A program made the translations under genes and the position numbers. A stretch of DNA of 24,177 bases, taken from NCBI GenBank assembly GCA_044229145.1, contig JBGATO010000056.1, forward strand, positions 1-24,177, given 5' to 3'. The notes under the pieces are model-generated. The model was not told the DNA's origin. It saw only the letters and a list, made by a program, of their open reading frames with translations, and ran no database searches. The DNA is from Candidatus Eiseniibacteriota bacterium (GTDB taxonomy: Bacteria; Eisenbacteria; RBG-16-71-46; CAZEPH01). The number at the start of each line of letters is the position of its first letter. Position 1 is the stretch's first letter. Below, piece after piece: positions 1-7,752 of this stretch.

Positions 1-339
1 GCTTACGCGCGGAGCCGCCGTGCGCTCCGCGGCCCCGAGTTCACCTCGGGGCTCGCGCGGCCACTCCCCAATGACCGTCACCAGCGACGGCAGCGTCGAG
101 TCGATCACTCGGATCATGTGATCTTCGAGCGCCGATACAGCGAGCACCACCGATGAATCGGCCGCGCTGTCGATGGCGTGCGCGGGCGCGGCCGCGAGCG
201 TGACCGCAATCACGGCCGCTTCCCAGAGTGCAAACGGGCGCGGGAGACGTCGACCTCGCGATCCACGCTCCCACGCCCGTTGCGTTGACGTATCCGTTCG
301 TGCGCCCCGCTCCCGCGGAGCGCCGCTGCGCGCGTGCAT
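1..339 (-). CDS. Probable HtrA/DegP-family trypsin-like serine protease, N-terminal 113 codons (runs off the window)
   Basis: Manual translation, not in the ORF track: ATG at 339, 2 nt after the anti-sigma stop, open to base 1. MHARSGAP...RRLPRPFALWEAAVIAVTLAAAPAHA (signal peptide with AHA site), then LEDHMIRVIDSTLPSLVTVIG, resembling the HtrA 'vv..v.PSVV.I' pre-protease segment. The context matches rpoE-antisigma-htrA. The catalytic triad lies outside the window and the start codon is uncertain. Confidence 0.6.
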   Translation of the reverse strand, partial: MHARSGAPRERGARTDTSTQRAWERGSRGRRLPRPFALWEAAVIAVTLAAAPAHAIDSAADSSVVLAVSALEDHMIRVIDSTLPSLVTVIGEWPREPRGELGAAERTAAPRVS

Positions 340-341
340 TC

Positions 342-1094
342 TCAGAAGGTCCGCAGCCTCCGCTCGGTCCGCCGATGCTGAACCGGCTGAATCGCACCAT
401 CGCCCGACACCGGCCGGCCATCGAGGCTCACGCGATCGAGCACCAAGTCCAGTTGCGCGCCGTAGGTCGGGTCGAGCAGATCGTGTCCCGTCAATTCGAC
501 CGCCCCGCCCGTCACCTGCGATCCCCGCAGCGGATTGCCGGCCGCCACCTGCACGACCGGCGCCGGTGCCGTCGAATCGGCGGAGCGCGTCGCCTGACGC
601 GTCTGCGGCGCCTGAGGCTGCTGGCGGACCGGGGCGATCGCGGCGACCTCTCGCGCGGCCGGCGGCGTCACGGCTGGAGCGCTCGCCACAGCAGGCGGCT
701 GGGGACGCAGGCCCGCCACCGGGACGAGGCCGACGCGGATCCCGCCAAGCGTCAGCAGCACGCCCGCGGCCATCGCCGCAGGCGCCCATACCCAGCGCTC
801 CCATTCGAGCCGCGGCCACGCGAAGTCCGGCAAGAATCGGCGCCACCCCAGTGACACCTCCGCTTCCTCCGCCACCGCCTCGCGCACCCGGTTCATGACG
901 TCGTCGGTGAAGCTCGCCGGCGCCTCGACGCGCGGCAGACCGTGCAGGAGCGCCAGCATCCGCCGCGCATCCTGCACCGCGCTGGCGCAGGCACGGCACT
1001 GCGGCAAGTGCGCTTCGACTGCCATCCGCTCGTCGGCGGACACCTCGCCCTCGAGGTAGGCCGAGGTCAGATTCTCGATTGTACGACAGGTCAT
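342..1094 (-). CDS. Zinc-binding anti-sigma factor (zf-HC2/ZAS), single TM
   Basis: MTC...SAYLEGE...HLPQCRAC (HxxxCxxC); TM segment WVWAPAAMAAGVLLTLGGI; ATGA overlap with the sigma factor stop. Confidence 0.9.
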   Translation of the reverse strand: MTCRTIENLTSAYLEGEVSADERMAVEAHLPQCRACASAVQDARRMLALLHGLPRVEAPASFTDDVMNRVREAVAEEAEVSLGWRRFLPDFAWPRLEWERWVWAPAAMAAGVLLTLGGIRVGLVPVAGLRPQPPAVASAPAVTPPAAREVAAIAPVRQQPQAPQTRQATRSADSTAPAPVVQVAAGNPLRGSQVTGGAVELTGHDLLDPTYGAQLDLVLDRVSLDGRPVSGDGAIQPVQHRRTERRLRTF

Positions 1095-1732
1095 CGGATC
1101 TCCAGGCGCGTCACAATGGGCTCGAGTTTGTCCCTGAGCATGAGTCGCGCACGGTTGATGCGCGAACGGACGGTGCCACCGGGAATGTTGAGGATGTTCC
1201 CGACCTCTTCGTACGACAGTCCCTCGATGTCGCGCAGCACCAGCGCCGCCCGATACTTTTGCGGTAAGCGTGCGATGGCGCGGGTGACCATGTCTTCCAC
1301 TTCCCCACGCACGACGGCGTCGTCGGCGCGTTCGGCCTGGTCGGGCAGAACGTGGGCGATCGACGGATGATCGTCGCTGGAGGCATCGAGGCTGATCTCG
1401 CCCTTGTGCCGGACGCGGTAGCGGATTTCGTTCTTCGCCAGGTTCACCGCGATGGTGAACATCCAGGTCGAGAACTTGCCGCCGGGCCGGTACCGCGAGC
1501 GGTGGACGAAAACCCGCAGGAAGACTTCCTGCGAGATTTCCTCCGCGCGGTCGCGGTCGTTGATGAAGCGAGAGACGAGGTTGATCACACGGCCTTTGTA
1601 CCGCTCGACCAAGACCCGGAACGCGTCCTGGGAGTCTTGGGCGACTCGGTCCATGAGTTCCTCGTCCGTCAGAGCGCGGAACTCGATGTATGTGCCGGCG
1701 TGGCTCAGAATTGGTTCGTCCCCCCGTCGCAT
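1091..1732 (-). CDS. ECF sigma-70 factor (RpoE/SigW-like)
   Basis: Region 2 AEEISQEVFLRVF...FSTWMFTIAVN; region 4 LRDIEGLSYEEVGNILNIPGGTVRSRINRAR; GGAG upstream of the ATG. Confidence 0.95.
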   Translation of the reverse strand: MRRGDEPILSHAGTYIEFRALTDEELMDRVAQDSQDAFRVLVERYKGRVINLVSRFINDRDRAEEISQEVFLRVFVHRSRYRPGGKFSTWMFTIAVNLAKNEIRYRVRHKGEISLDASSDDHPSIAHVLPDQAERADDAVVRGEVEDMVTRAIARLPQKYRAALVLRDIEGLSYEEVGNILNIPGGTVRSRINRARLMLRDKLEPIVTRLEIR

Positions 1733-1749
1733 GTGCCTACACTCCGGCT

Positions 1750-3474
1750 TTACCGTGGGTTCCGCTTTTCTGCGGGCGACGTCGCCCCGTCACTGCGCAT
1801 GCGTGCAAGTTTTTCGAGGACGCGGCGCCGCGTGCGGTCCGCACGCAGCGACGCTTGGTAGGCCGCACGCGCCGCCTCGCGATTCCCCAGCGCGAGGTGA
1901 ACATCGCCCAAGTGCTCGGCGATTTCCGGTTCGTCGGGTGCGAGCGAGGTCGCGCGCCCGAGGGCGGTGAGCGCCTCTGCGTGCCGACCGAGGCGAAACA
2001 GGGCCCAGCCGTACGAGTCGAGGATTGCTGGATTGTCCGGCTCCAAGCTGAGCGCCCGCTGGATGTAGCCGAGCGCCTCGTCGAGGTGCGTCCCCGCGTC
2101 GGCATACATGTATCCGACGAAATTCCACGCCGCGGCGTTGGTCGAGTCGCGGCGCAGCACGCGGAAGATGGCGTCGGCGGCGCGCGGGAGATCGCCGCGG
2201 GCGTTGGCGATTTCCGCCAGCGCATAGGGCGCACCCAGGTTGGTGCTGTCCGCCACCTCGGCGCACGCCAGGGTGTCGAGGGCAGCCGCGGTATCGCCCG
2301 CCGCCGCCAAGGCGAGCCCGAGTGCGTACAATGCCGTGGCGGTGCTTTCTGGCATCTGGCGGACGGCGGCCCGCAGCGCCACGCACGCCTCCCTCTCCTT
2401 CTTCTGACGATGCAAGACGACGCCGAGCGCGTAGGCGGCATCGGCATTCGCGGAATCGGCACGCCAGGCCGTCCGCAGCGACCGCTCCGCTGCGGGATAG
2501 TCCTTCCGATCGAGCGCCAAGTACCCGAGGACCAGGTGCGGCAGCGATTCGGTGGGACGCAACCGGAGCAGGGCGCGGGCGTGCCGGGTCGCATTCTCGG
2601 GCGCATCGGCGCGCCACCACAGCATCATCAGCCGCCGCTCGATGACGGCCTCCGGAACGGCGCCGCGCAAGTGCTCGAGTTCCGCGGCGCCGGCGGCCGG
2701 ATCTCCGGCTTCTGCCAGTGCTTCGGCGCGCTCGATCCGCGCGGCGGGCGAATCCGGTGACAGCTCGGCGGCACGCCGGAAGTGACGGCGCGCCGCCTCG
2801 GTGTTCCCTGCTTGTTGCTCGACCAATCCGAGCGCCTGTTCGATCGCCGGTTCGTCGCGCGCGAGCGCCGCGGCGCGGCCGAGCGCATCGCGTGCTCCCG
2901 CGAGATCGTTGCGCGCGGCGCGCAGCACGCCGAGTTGGAACCACGGGTCCGCGCCGGTGGTGTCCAAGGCGGCGGCGCGCGTGAGCTCGTCGATCCCGGT
3001 CAGGGTGTCGCCGACCTCCACGGCAGCGTGGGCCATCAGTGCGTGCAACGGCGCACTGTCCGGCGCGGCCGCCACCGCCCGGCGGAGGGCTTCCACCGCC
3101 CCCCGTCCGTCCTGCCGGCGCATTCGCGCGCCAGCATCCAGCAATGCAGCGCGCAGCTGCACCGCGGTGTCGAATCGCTGGGCACGCGAAGCATCGCGGA
3201 TCACCAACGAGTCGAATCCGGCCTCGGCCGCCGACTCCAGCAGCGCGAGGAAGACGTCGCGCGACGTGCTGTCGGCCGCGAAGGCTGCGGCGAACGCGTC
3301 GTACGCTCCGGCTCTGTCCCCCGCGGCCCGGGCTGCGATGCCACGAGCGTACGCGGCCAGCGCCGCCGGGTCACTCCCCGCCGCGCGTGCGCGGGGAGGC
3401 ACGGCGCCGAGCGCGAGCATGACGATGGTCACGAGGATGAGCCGCGCTCTGAAACAGGAGGCGTGATCGGTCAT
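1750..3474 (-). CDS. Exported tetratricopeptide-repeat protein (LbcA/PA4667-like C-terminus), 574 aa
   Basis: Start placed at ATG 3474 (MTDHASCFRARLILVTIVMLALGAVPPRARA, signal peptide). Many TPRs, ending NFVGYMYADAG..LDEA..IQRALSLEPDNPAILDSYGWALFRLG...EHLGDV. The upstream part of ORF 1750..4203 overlaps the plus-strand lipoprotein and is treated as spurious. Confidence 0.85.
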   Translation of the reverse strand: MTDHASCFRARLILVTIVMLALGAVPPRARAAGSDPAALAAYARGIAARAAGDRAGAYDAFAAAFAADSTSRDVFLALLESAAEAGFDSLVIRDASRAQRFDTAVQLRAALLDAGARMRRQDGRGAVEALRRAVAAAPDSAPLHALMAHAAVEVGDTLTGIDELTRAAALDTTGADPWFQLGVLRAARNDLAGARDALGRAAALARDEPAIEQALGLVEQQAGNTEAARRHFRRAAELSPDSPAARIERAEALAEAGDPAAGAAELEHLRGAVPEAVIERRLMMLWWRADAPENATRHARALLRLRPTESLPHLVLGYLALDRKDYPAAERSLRTAWRADSANADAAYALGVVLHRQKKEREACVALRAAVRQMPESTATALYALGLALAAAGDTAAALDTLACAEVADSTNLGAPYALAEIANARGDLPRAADAIFRVLRRDSTNAAAWNFVGYMYADAGTHLDEALGYIQRALSLEPDNPAILDSYGWALFRLGRHAEALTALGRATSLAPDEPEIAEHLGDVHLALGNREAARAAYQASLRADRTRRRVLEKLARMRSDGATSPAEKRNPR

Positions 3475-3481
3475 GGCAGGC

Positions 3482-3510
3482 AGCCTACTCGGTCCGCGCG
3501 GGGCGGTCCA
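3482..3510 (-). promoter_or_regulatory. Putative sigma70-type promoter for the TPR-ECF operon, probably leaderless
   Basis: Minus strand TGGACC (3510-3505)-N17-TAGGCT (3487-3482)-N7-ATG (3474); no Shine-Dalgarno. Confidence 0.5.
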
Positions 3511-3536
3511 GGCAGCGAGGCGAACCGGGAGCACGA

Positions 3537-3566
3537 TTGACGGACGTTTCGCCGCATTGCTACGCT
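3537..3566 (+). promoter_or_regulatory. Putative sigma70-type promoter for the lipoprotein-OMP operon
   Basis: TTGACG (3537-3542)-N18-TACGCT (3561-3566) with extended -10 TGn. Confidence 0.55.
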
Positions 3567-3618
3567 CCACGCGACTGTGGATGGACTTCCACGACTTTCG
3601 GCAGAAAGGCAGGGATTC

Positions 3619-4236
3619 ATGATGCGTCGACGCATGCACTCCACTCCGGCGGGACCTGTTTTCGCCCTCGCGTGCGCGTCCGCGCTCGGACTCAGCGTTG
3701 CCGTGAGCGGCTGCTACACCCGTTTGGCAAACCTGCACCCCACCACCGACATCACGCGCGTCCCCGCCGATGGCGACCGCGTGTACCTGCCGGAAGATTC
3801 CGACCCGCGCGACCTGCAAGCCGATTTCGATCAGCGCGCATACGGGTCCTACCTCGAGGATCGGCTGATCGATCCGTACATCATCGGGTTCACGTATTCC
3901 GACCGGTACGGCAGCGGCGCCGGATACGGCCAGTACTACGAGCAGCCATGGTGGAAGGAGCCGCGCTTCGGCGGGGGCTACAGCGGCGGCGGATCCTACG
4001 GCTCGCGCGGCAGCGGCGCGCCTCTGAGCGACACCACGAAAACGCGCGTGGCGGGCGGACGTTCGCTGTGGATCACTCCGACCCCGCCCGGCGCCGTGCA
4101 GCCCGGAGTGTCGCACGATGGTCCGCCCGCCAGTTCCGCAGGCAGCGGTTCGCCGTCGGGCGGCGGGACCACGACAGCCGACAGCACGAAGGCGCAGCAG
4201 CAAAAGAAGGGCGCCGGACGTCGCCTGTGGCGATGA
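3619..4236 (+). CDS. Lipoprotein of unknown function, Tyr/Gly/Ser-rich and largely low complexity
   Basis: MMRRRMH...FALACASALGLSVAVSG-CYT lipobox; purine-rich SD-like run upstream; ATGA overlap with the downstream OMP. Start could be 3619, 3622 or 3634. Confidence 0.75.
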   Translation: MMRRRMHSTPAGPVFALACASALGLSVAVSGCYTRLANLHPTTDITRVPADGDRVYLPEDSDPRDLQADFDQRAYGSYLEDRLIDPYIIGFTYSDRYGSGAGYGQYYEQPWWKEPRFGGGYSGGGSYGSRGSGAPLSDTTKTRVAGGRSLWITPTPPGAVQPGVSHDGPPASSAGSGSPSGGGTTTADSTKAQQQKKGAGRRLWR

Positions 4237-5546
4237 GAGTCCGGGGGCTCAGCCTCGCCGTCACGATCGCATCCTTTCTCGGCCGGGCCGCCAGCGCCTC
4301 GGCGCAGTCGTGCGATGTGGTGCCCGACCTGCCGTTCTTGCGCGAGAGCGCCTTGTGGGCGCGGCAGAGCGGCATGGGAAGCGCGGGCATCGCGGTGGGA
4401 GCAGACGTCGGCGCCCTCCACGACAACCCGGCCGGCCTGGCGCTGATCCGCCGTATCGAGATGGCCGGAAATCTCAATGCCTCGAGTTCAACGGTTGGGC
4501 TCACGACCTTCGGCACACCTGCCAGTGGCACCTCGCGGACGATGACCATCAACGCGCTGGCGGGGGCGTATCCCTTCCCTGTCTATCGCGGCAGCTTGGT
4601 CGTCGCGGGTTCGTACGAGCGCCCCGTGGGATTCAGCCGCTTGACCGTACGCGACGGTGTGCGACCCGATGCTGGCGGCGGGGTGCGCATCAGCGAGCGC
4701 CGTGAAGAGAGCGGCGGGATCCACCAGCTGCGCGCCGGCGCCGCGGTGGATATCGCGCGCGAGGTTGCAGTAGGCGCGTCGGTGACGGTGAGCTACGCAC
4801 GCGACCGGCAGAGTACGGTTCTCGACAGCGTTCCGGTGTCCTCGTCGGCAACCGTCACCACGCTGATCGACGAGACGATTCGTACGCACGCATTCGGCAT
4901 CGGCGGTCAGTTCGGCACGCTGGTGCGCATGTCACCCTACGCGCGTATCGGCGCCACGGTGGGCACACCGCGGAAATTGCGGTTCGTCGGACGTGGCGTC
5001 GACCAGGCCGGCGGCTTCGAACTTGTGCCGCAGTCGTTCACGCTCCCGATGACGGTCGCGGGCGGCATCGCGCTGACGCCACGGCACGCGATCGTCACGG
5101 CAGATGTGTCGTACACCGATTGGAGTCAGCTGACGTACGACGCCGCCCCCTGCGGGGGACACGTCTACTACCACCTGGCGCCCGGCTATTCGTCTGCGAC
5201 CGACGTACGCCTCGGAACCGAGGTGTGGGTTCCGGGATCGCTGCTCCGCGTACGCGCCGGCTATCAGTGGGCTCCGCTCGCCGTCGCGTTCCTGCGCGAC
5301 CCGACGGCCTGGGAGATCTCGCCCGCCCCTGTGTACGCCCCCGTCGAAATCGACACCAATCGTCGCGCGTGGTCGGTTGGCGCAGGGTATCTGGTGCAGG
5401 GCGCGTACACGGTCGACATCGCGTACACCTCGGAATCGTACCAGCGTTCGACCAGCCACGAATCGCGGCCGTGGAGTGGCGGCGCCGCGCTCGTCGAATC
5501 GACGCGCCAACATCAGGTGGTGGCAAGCGTCGCGTTTCGCCTCTAG
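4233..5546 (+). CDS. OmpP1/FadL-superfamily outer-membrane beta-barrel
   Basis: Signal peptide (…ASASA-Q); hatch motif ARQSGMGSAGIAVGADVGALHDNPAGL; amphipathic strands; C-terminal VASVAFRL. Start placed at ATG 4233, not 3537. Confidence 0.85.
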   Translation: MRVRGLSLAVTIASFLGRAASASAQSCDVVPDLPFLRESALWARQSGMGSAGIAVGADVGALHDNPAGLALIRRIEMAGNLNASSSTVGLTTFGTPASGTSRTMTINALAGAYPFPVYRGSLVVAGSYERPVGFSRLTVRDGVRPDAGGGVRISERREESGGIHQLRAGAAVDIAREVAVGASVTVSYARDRQSTVLDSVPVSSSATVTTLIDETIRTHAFGIGGQFGTLVRMSPYARIGATVGTPRKLRFVGRGVDQAGGFELVPQSFTLPMTVAGGIALTPRHAIVTADVSYTDWSQLTYDAAPCGGHVYYHLAPGYSSATDVRLGTEVWVPGSLLRVRAGYQWAPLAVAFLRDPTAWEISPAPVYAPVEIDTNRRAWSVGAGYLVQGAYTVDIAYTSESYQRSTSHESRPWSGGAALVESTRQHQVVASVAFRL

Positions 5547-5581
5547 TCTTCGATCCCGCAACGCAAGGAGAGTTCGCCCCG

Positions 5582-6256
5582 GTGTCCGACGAGACGACGT
5601 CCCCGGAGTCCCCCGCCGTTCCGCGCCTCAACCTCGCGCGCCATCGCCGCGCGTTCGAGAAGTACCCGAATCCCATCGCGTGGGCATTGCCGCTGCTCAT
5701 CTTGGCGATCGGCGTGGCGGCGATCATGCAGCTGCTTCCCGACATCGGCCTCAAGGCGGGCGAGTTCGGGAAGGCATTCGAGCGTGTGCATCGCGCGGAT
5801 CTCAAGAAGCACGCGGATCGCGCGCATCCGTCGGCGCGTGCCATCGCCGATTCGGTCGCCATGGGGCTCGAGATGCCGGCAGGATTTCCGGCGCGGGTGG
5901 AGGAGTCGGGCGGGCGAATCCTGCGGGCGTCGGCGACCAAGCTGGCGGCCGGACGCCAGCTTCACCTCGTGGTTCGGATGCCGGGTGCTGGGGCGCGGCC
6001 GGTCTCGGTGTTCGCCGAGCACTTTCTCGCGCGGAACGTCGACGCGTTCCGGCGCCGCGACACGCCCGGCGGCCGGATCTACGTGCAGTCGCTCCCGGGG
6101 AGCAAGGCCGCGCCGGCAGACAGCGTGATCGTGTGGCAGGAGGTCGGCATCTTGGCGACGCTGGTCGGCGCGGCCCCCGAGGATTCGCTCGCGGCGTTCG
6201 CCTCTCGGATGATGACGTCGGCCAAGGCCGCGCACGCGGCCGACCTCACCGACTAA
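5582..6256 (+). CDS. Single-pass membrane protein; extracytoplasmic part resembles PrtR/COG5662-type anti-sigma C-terminal domains
   Basis: SD AAGGAG at 5565-5570 and GTG at 5582; TM segment IAWALPLLILAIGVAAIMQLL; C-terminal VIVWQEVGILATLVGAAPEDSLAAFA. The family resemblance is by eye only. Confidence 0.65.
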   Translation: MSDETTSPESPAVPRLNLARHRRAFEKYPNPIAWALPLLILAIGVAAIMQLLPDIGLKAGEFGKAFERVHRADLKKHADRAHPSARAIADSVAMGLEMPAGFPARVEESGGRILRASATKLAAGRQLHLVVRMPGAGARPVSVFAEHFLARNVDAFRRRDTPGGRIYVQSLPGSKAAPADSVIVWQEVGILATLVGAAPEDSLAAFASRMMTSAKAAHAADLTD

Positions 6257-6283
6257 CAGCGGCTGTCGACGTGCGGTAACGCA

Positions 6284-6315
6284 GAACGGCACCTCCCTCG
6301 CGGGAGGTGCCGTTC
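6284..6315. terminator. Strong hairpin between convergent genes, probable bidirectional terminator
   Basis: Perfect 14-bp stem GAACGGCACCTCCC/GGGAGGTGCCGTTC; loop reads GCGA (GNRA) on the minus strand; 6 nt after the tRNA CCA; U-tracts are poor. Confidence 0.7.
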
Positions 6316-6321
6316 GCCTTG

Positions 6322-6407
<86 letters not shown>

Positions 6408-6438
6408 ATATCGAACTCGCGCCCGCGGGCGCGAGGCA

Positions 6439-6849
6439 TTACTTGGTCGGCGTGCTCGCTGGGGCCGGAGCGGCGGTGCCGCCGGGCGCGGGAGCGCTTC
6501 CCGCCGCCGGAGCGCCGCCGGTGGCCGGTGCACCACCCGCCGGAGCGGTCGTGGCGGCCGGAGTACCCGACTTCTGGGCTTCCGCCTGAATCAGCGACTT
6601 CGATCCGCCGTTCCCGCCGCTGGTGCTGAGGAACGCCAGCAACATCGACGTGATGAAGAAGGCGGCACCCAGGCCGGCGGTCGCGCGGGTCAGCAGCGTG
6701 TTCGCGCCACGGCCACCGAAGATCGCCTGCGAAGCCGACGAGTCGCCAAACGTCCCGGCGAGCCCGCCGCCGCGCCCCGACTGGATCAGGATGACCCCGA
6801 TCAGGGCGATCAAGACGATCACGTGAATGACCGTGAACACTCCGAACAT
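6439..6849 (-). CDS. secG: Preprotein translocase subunit SecG
   Basis: LIGVILIQSGRGGGLAGTFG...IFGGRGANTLLTRAT; two TMs; SD AAGGAGG; follows tpiA. Confidence 0.95.
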   Translation of the reverse strand: MFGVFTVIHVIVLIALIGVILIQSGRGGGLAGTFGDSSASQAIFGGRGANTLLTRATAGLGAAFFITSMLLAFLSTSGGNGGSKSLIQAEAQKSGTPAATTAPAGGAPATGGAPAAGSAPAPGGTAAPAPASTPTK

Positions 6850-6904
6850 GCGAGACCTACCCTCCTTCTTCGCGCCGCGTCCCCGGATGGGACAGACGCC
6901 CCCG

Positions 6905-6933
6905 GCCGGCGAGACGGCTGACCTCTCGCCGGC
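6905..6933. other. 10-bp stem-loop in the tpiA-secG spacer
   Basis: GCCGGCGAGA (6905-6914) / TCTCGCCGGC (6924-6933), 9-nt loop, no U-tract. Confidence 0.5.
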
Positions 6934-6960
6934 GCGGCGCGACTCAATCGTAGGCCGGGG

Positions 6961-6989
6961 ATACTAGCAGCCTCACTTCCCCGCGTCAA
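6961..6989 (-). promoter_or_regulatory. Putative sigma70-type promoter for secG-tRNA, overlapping the tpiA 3' end
   Basis: TTGACG (6989-6984)-N17-TAGTAT (6966-6961) with extended -10 TGc. Confidence 0.7.
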
Positions 6990-7749
6990 TCGCTCCGCGC
7001 GCAATCGCCAGGAATCCTTCGGCTTCGAGGCTGGCGCCGCCGACCAGGACGCCGTCGACGTCTTCCTGGGACATCAGGATCTGGGCGTTGTCCGGCTTCA
7101 CGCTGCCGCCGTACAAGATACGGACACGGCTCGCGAACGCCTCGCCGCACAGCCGCCGCGCCTCGCCCCGAATGAATGCGTGGGCGTCCTGCGCCATCTG
7201 CGGCGTCGCCGTCTTGCCGGTGCCGATCGCCCACACCGGTTCGTACGCGATGACGACGCGATCGGCCTCTACCGCCAAGCCGTCGAACACGGCGGCGATC
7301 TGCCGCTTGAGCACATCCTCGGTCGCGCCGGATTCGCGTTCGGCGAGCAGCTCACCGACGCAGACGATCGGCATGAGCTTCGCCTCGAGTGCCGCGCGGG
7401 TCTTGCGGGCGACGACTTCGTCGCTGTCGCCCATCAAGGTCCGGCGCTCACTGTGGCCGACGATGACGTACGTGCAGCCCGCATCCACCAGCATGCCGGC
7501 CGACACCGCGCTGGTGAACGCGCCGTGCGTTTCGAAGTGCACGTCCTGAGCGCCGAGCGCTACCTGTGTGCCCGACAGCGCGGCCCGCGCGGTCCACAGG
7601 CCCGTGTACGGCGGGCAGATCAGGAGATCGATACCGTCTCGCACCGGCGCACCCCAGGCGACACGCTGCGCCAGCGCGCGCGCCTCGCGAGAGGTCGTGT
7701 GCATCTTCCAGTTGCCGGCGATGAGCGCGCCGCGCGCCGAGCGTGCCAT
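6973..7749 (-). CDS. tpiA: Triosephosphate isomerase
   Basis: [36 protein letters not shown]. Confidence 0.98.
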   Translation of the reverse strand: MARSARGALIAGNWKMHTTSREARALAQRVAWGAPVRDGIDLLICPPYTGLWTARAALSGTQVALGAQDVHFETHGAFTSAVSAGMLVDAGCTYVIVGHSERRTLMGDSDEVVARKTRAALEAKLMPIVCVGELLAERESGATEDVLKRQIAAVFDGLAVEADRVVIAYEPVWAIGTGKTATPQMAQDAHAFIRGEARRLCGEAFASRVRILYGGSVKPDNAQILMSQEDVDGVLVGGASLEAEGFLAIARGAIDAGK

Positions 7750-7752
7750 GCG

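Noticed and set aside
3475..4232. N-terminal extensions in the ORF track (1750..4203, 3537..5546; likewise 5120, 9522, 12588, 20898 and 23694 starts)
   Set aside because: They overlap neighbouring real genes; signal peptides, SD sites and family N-termini indicate the shorter starts
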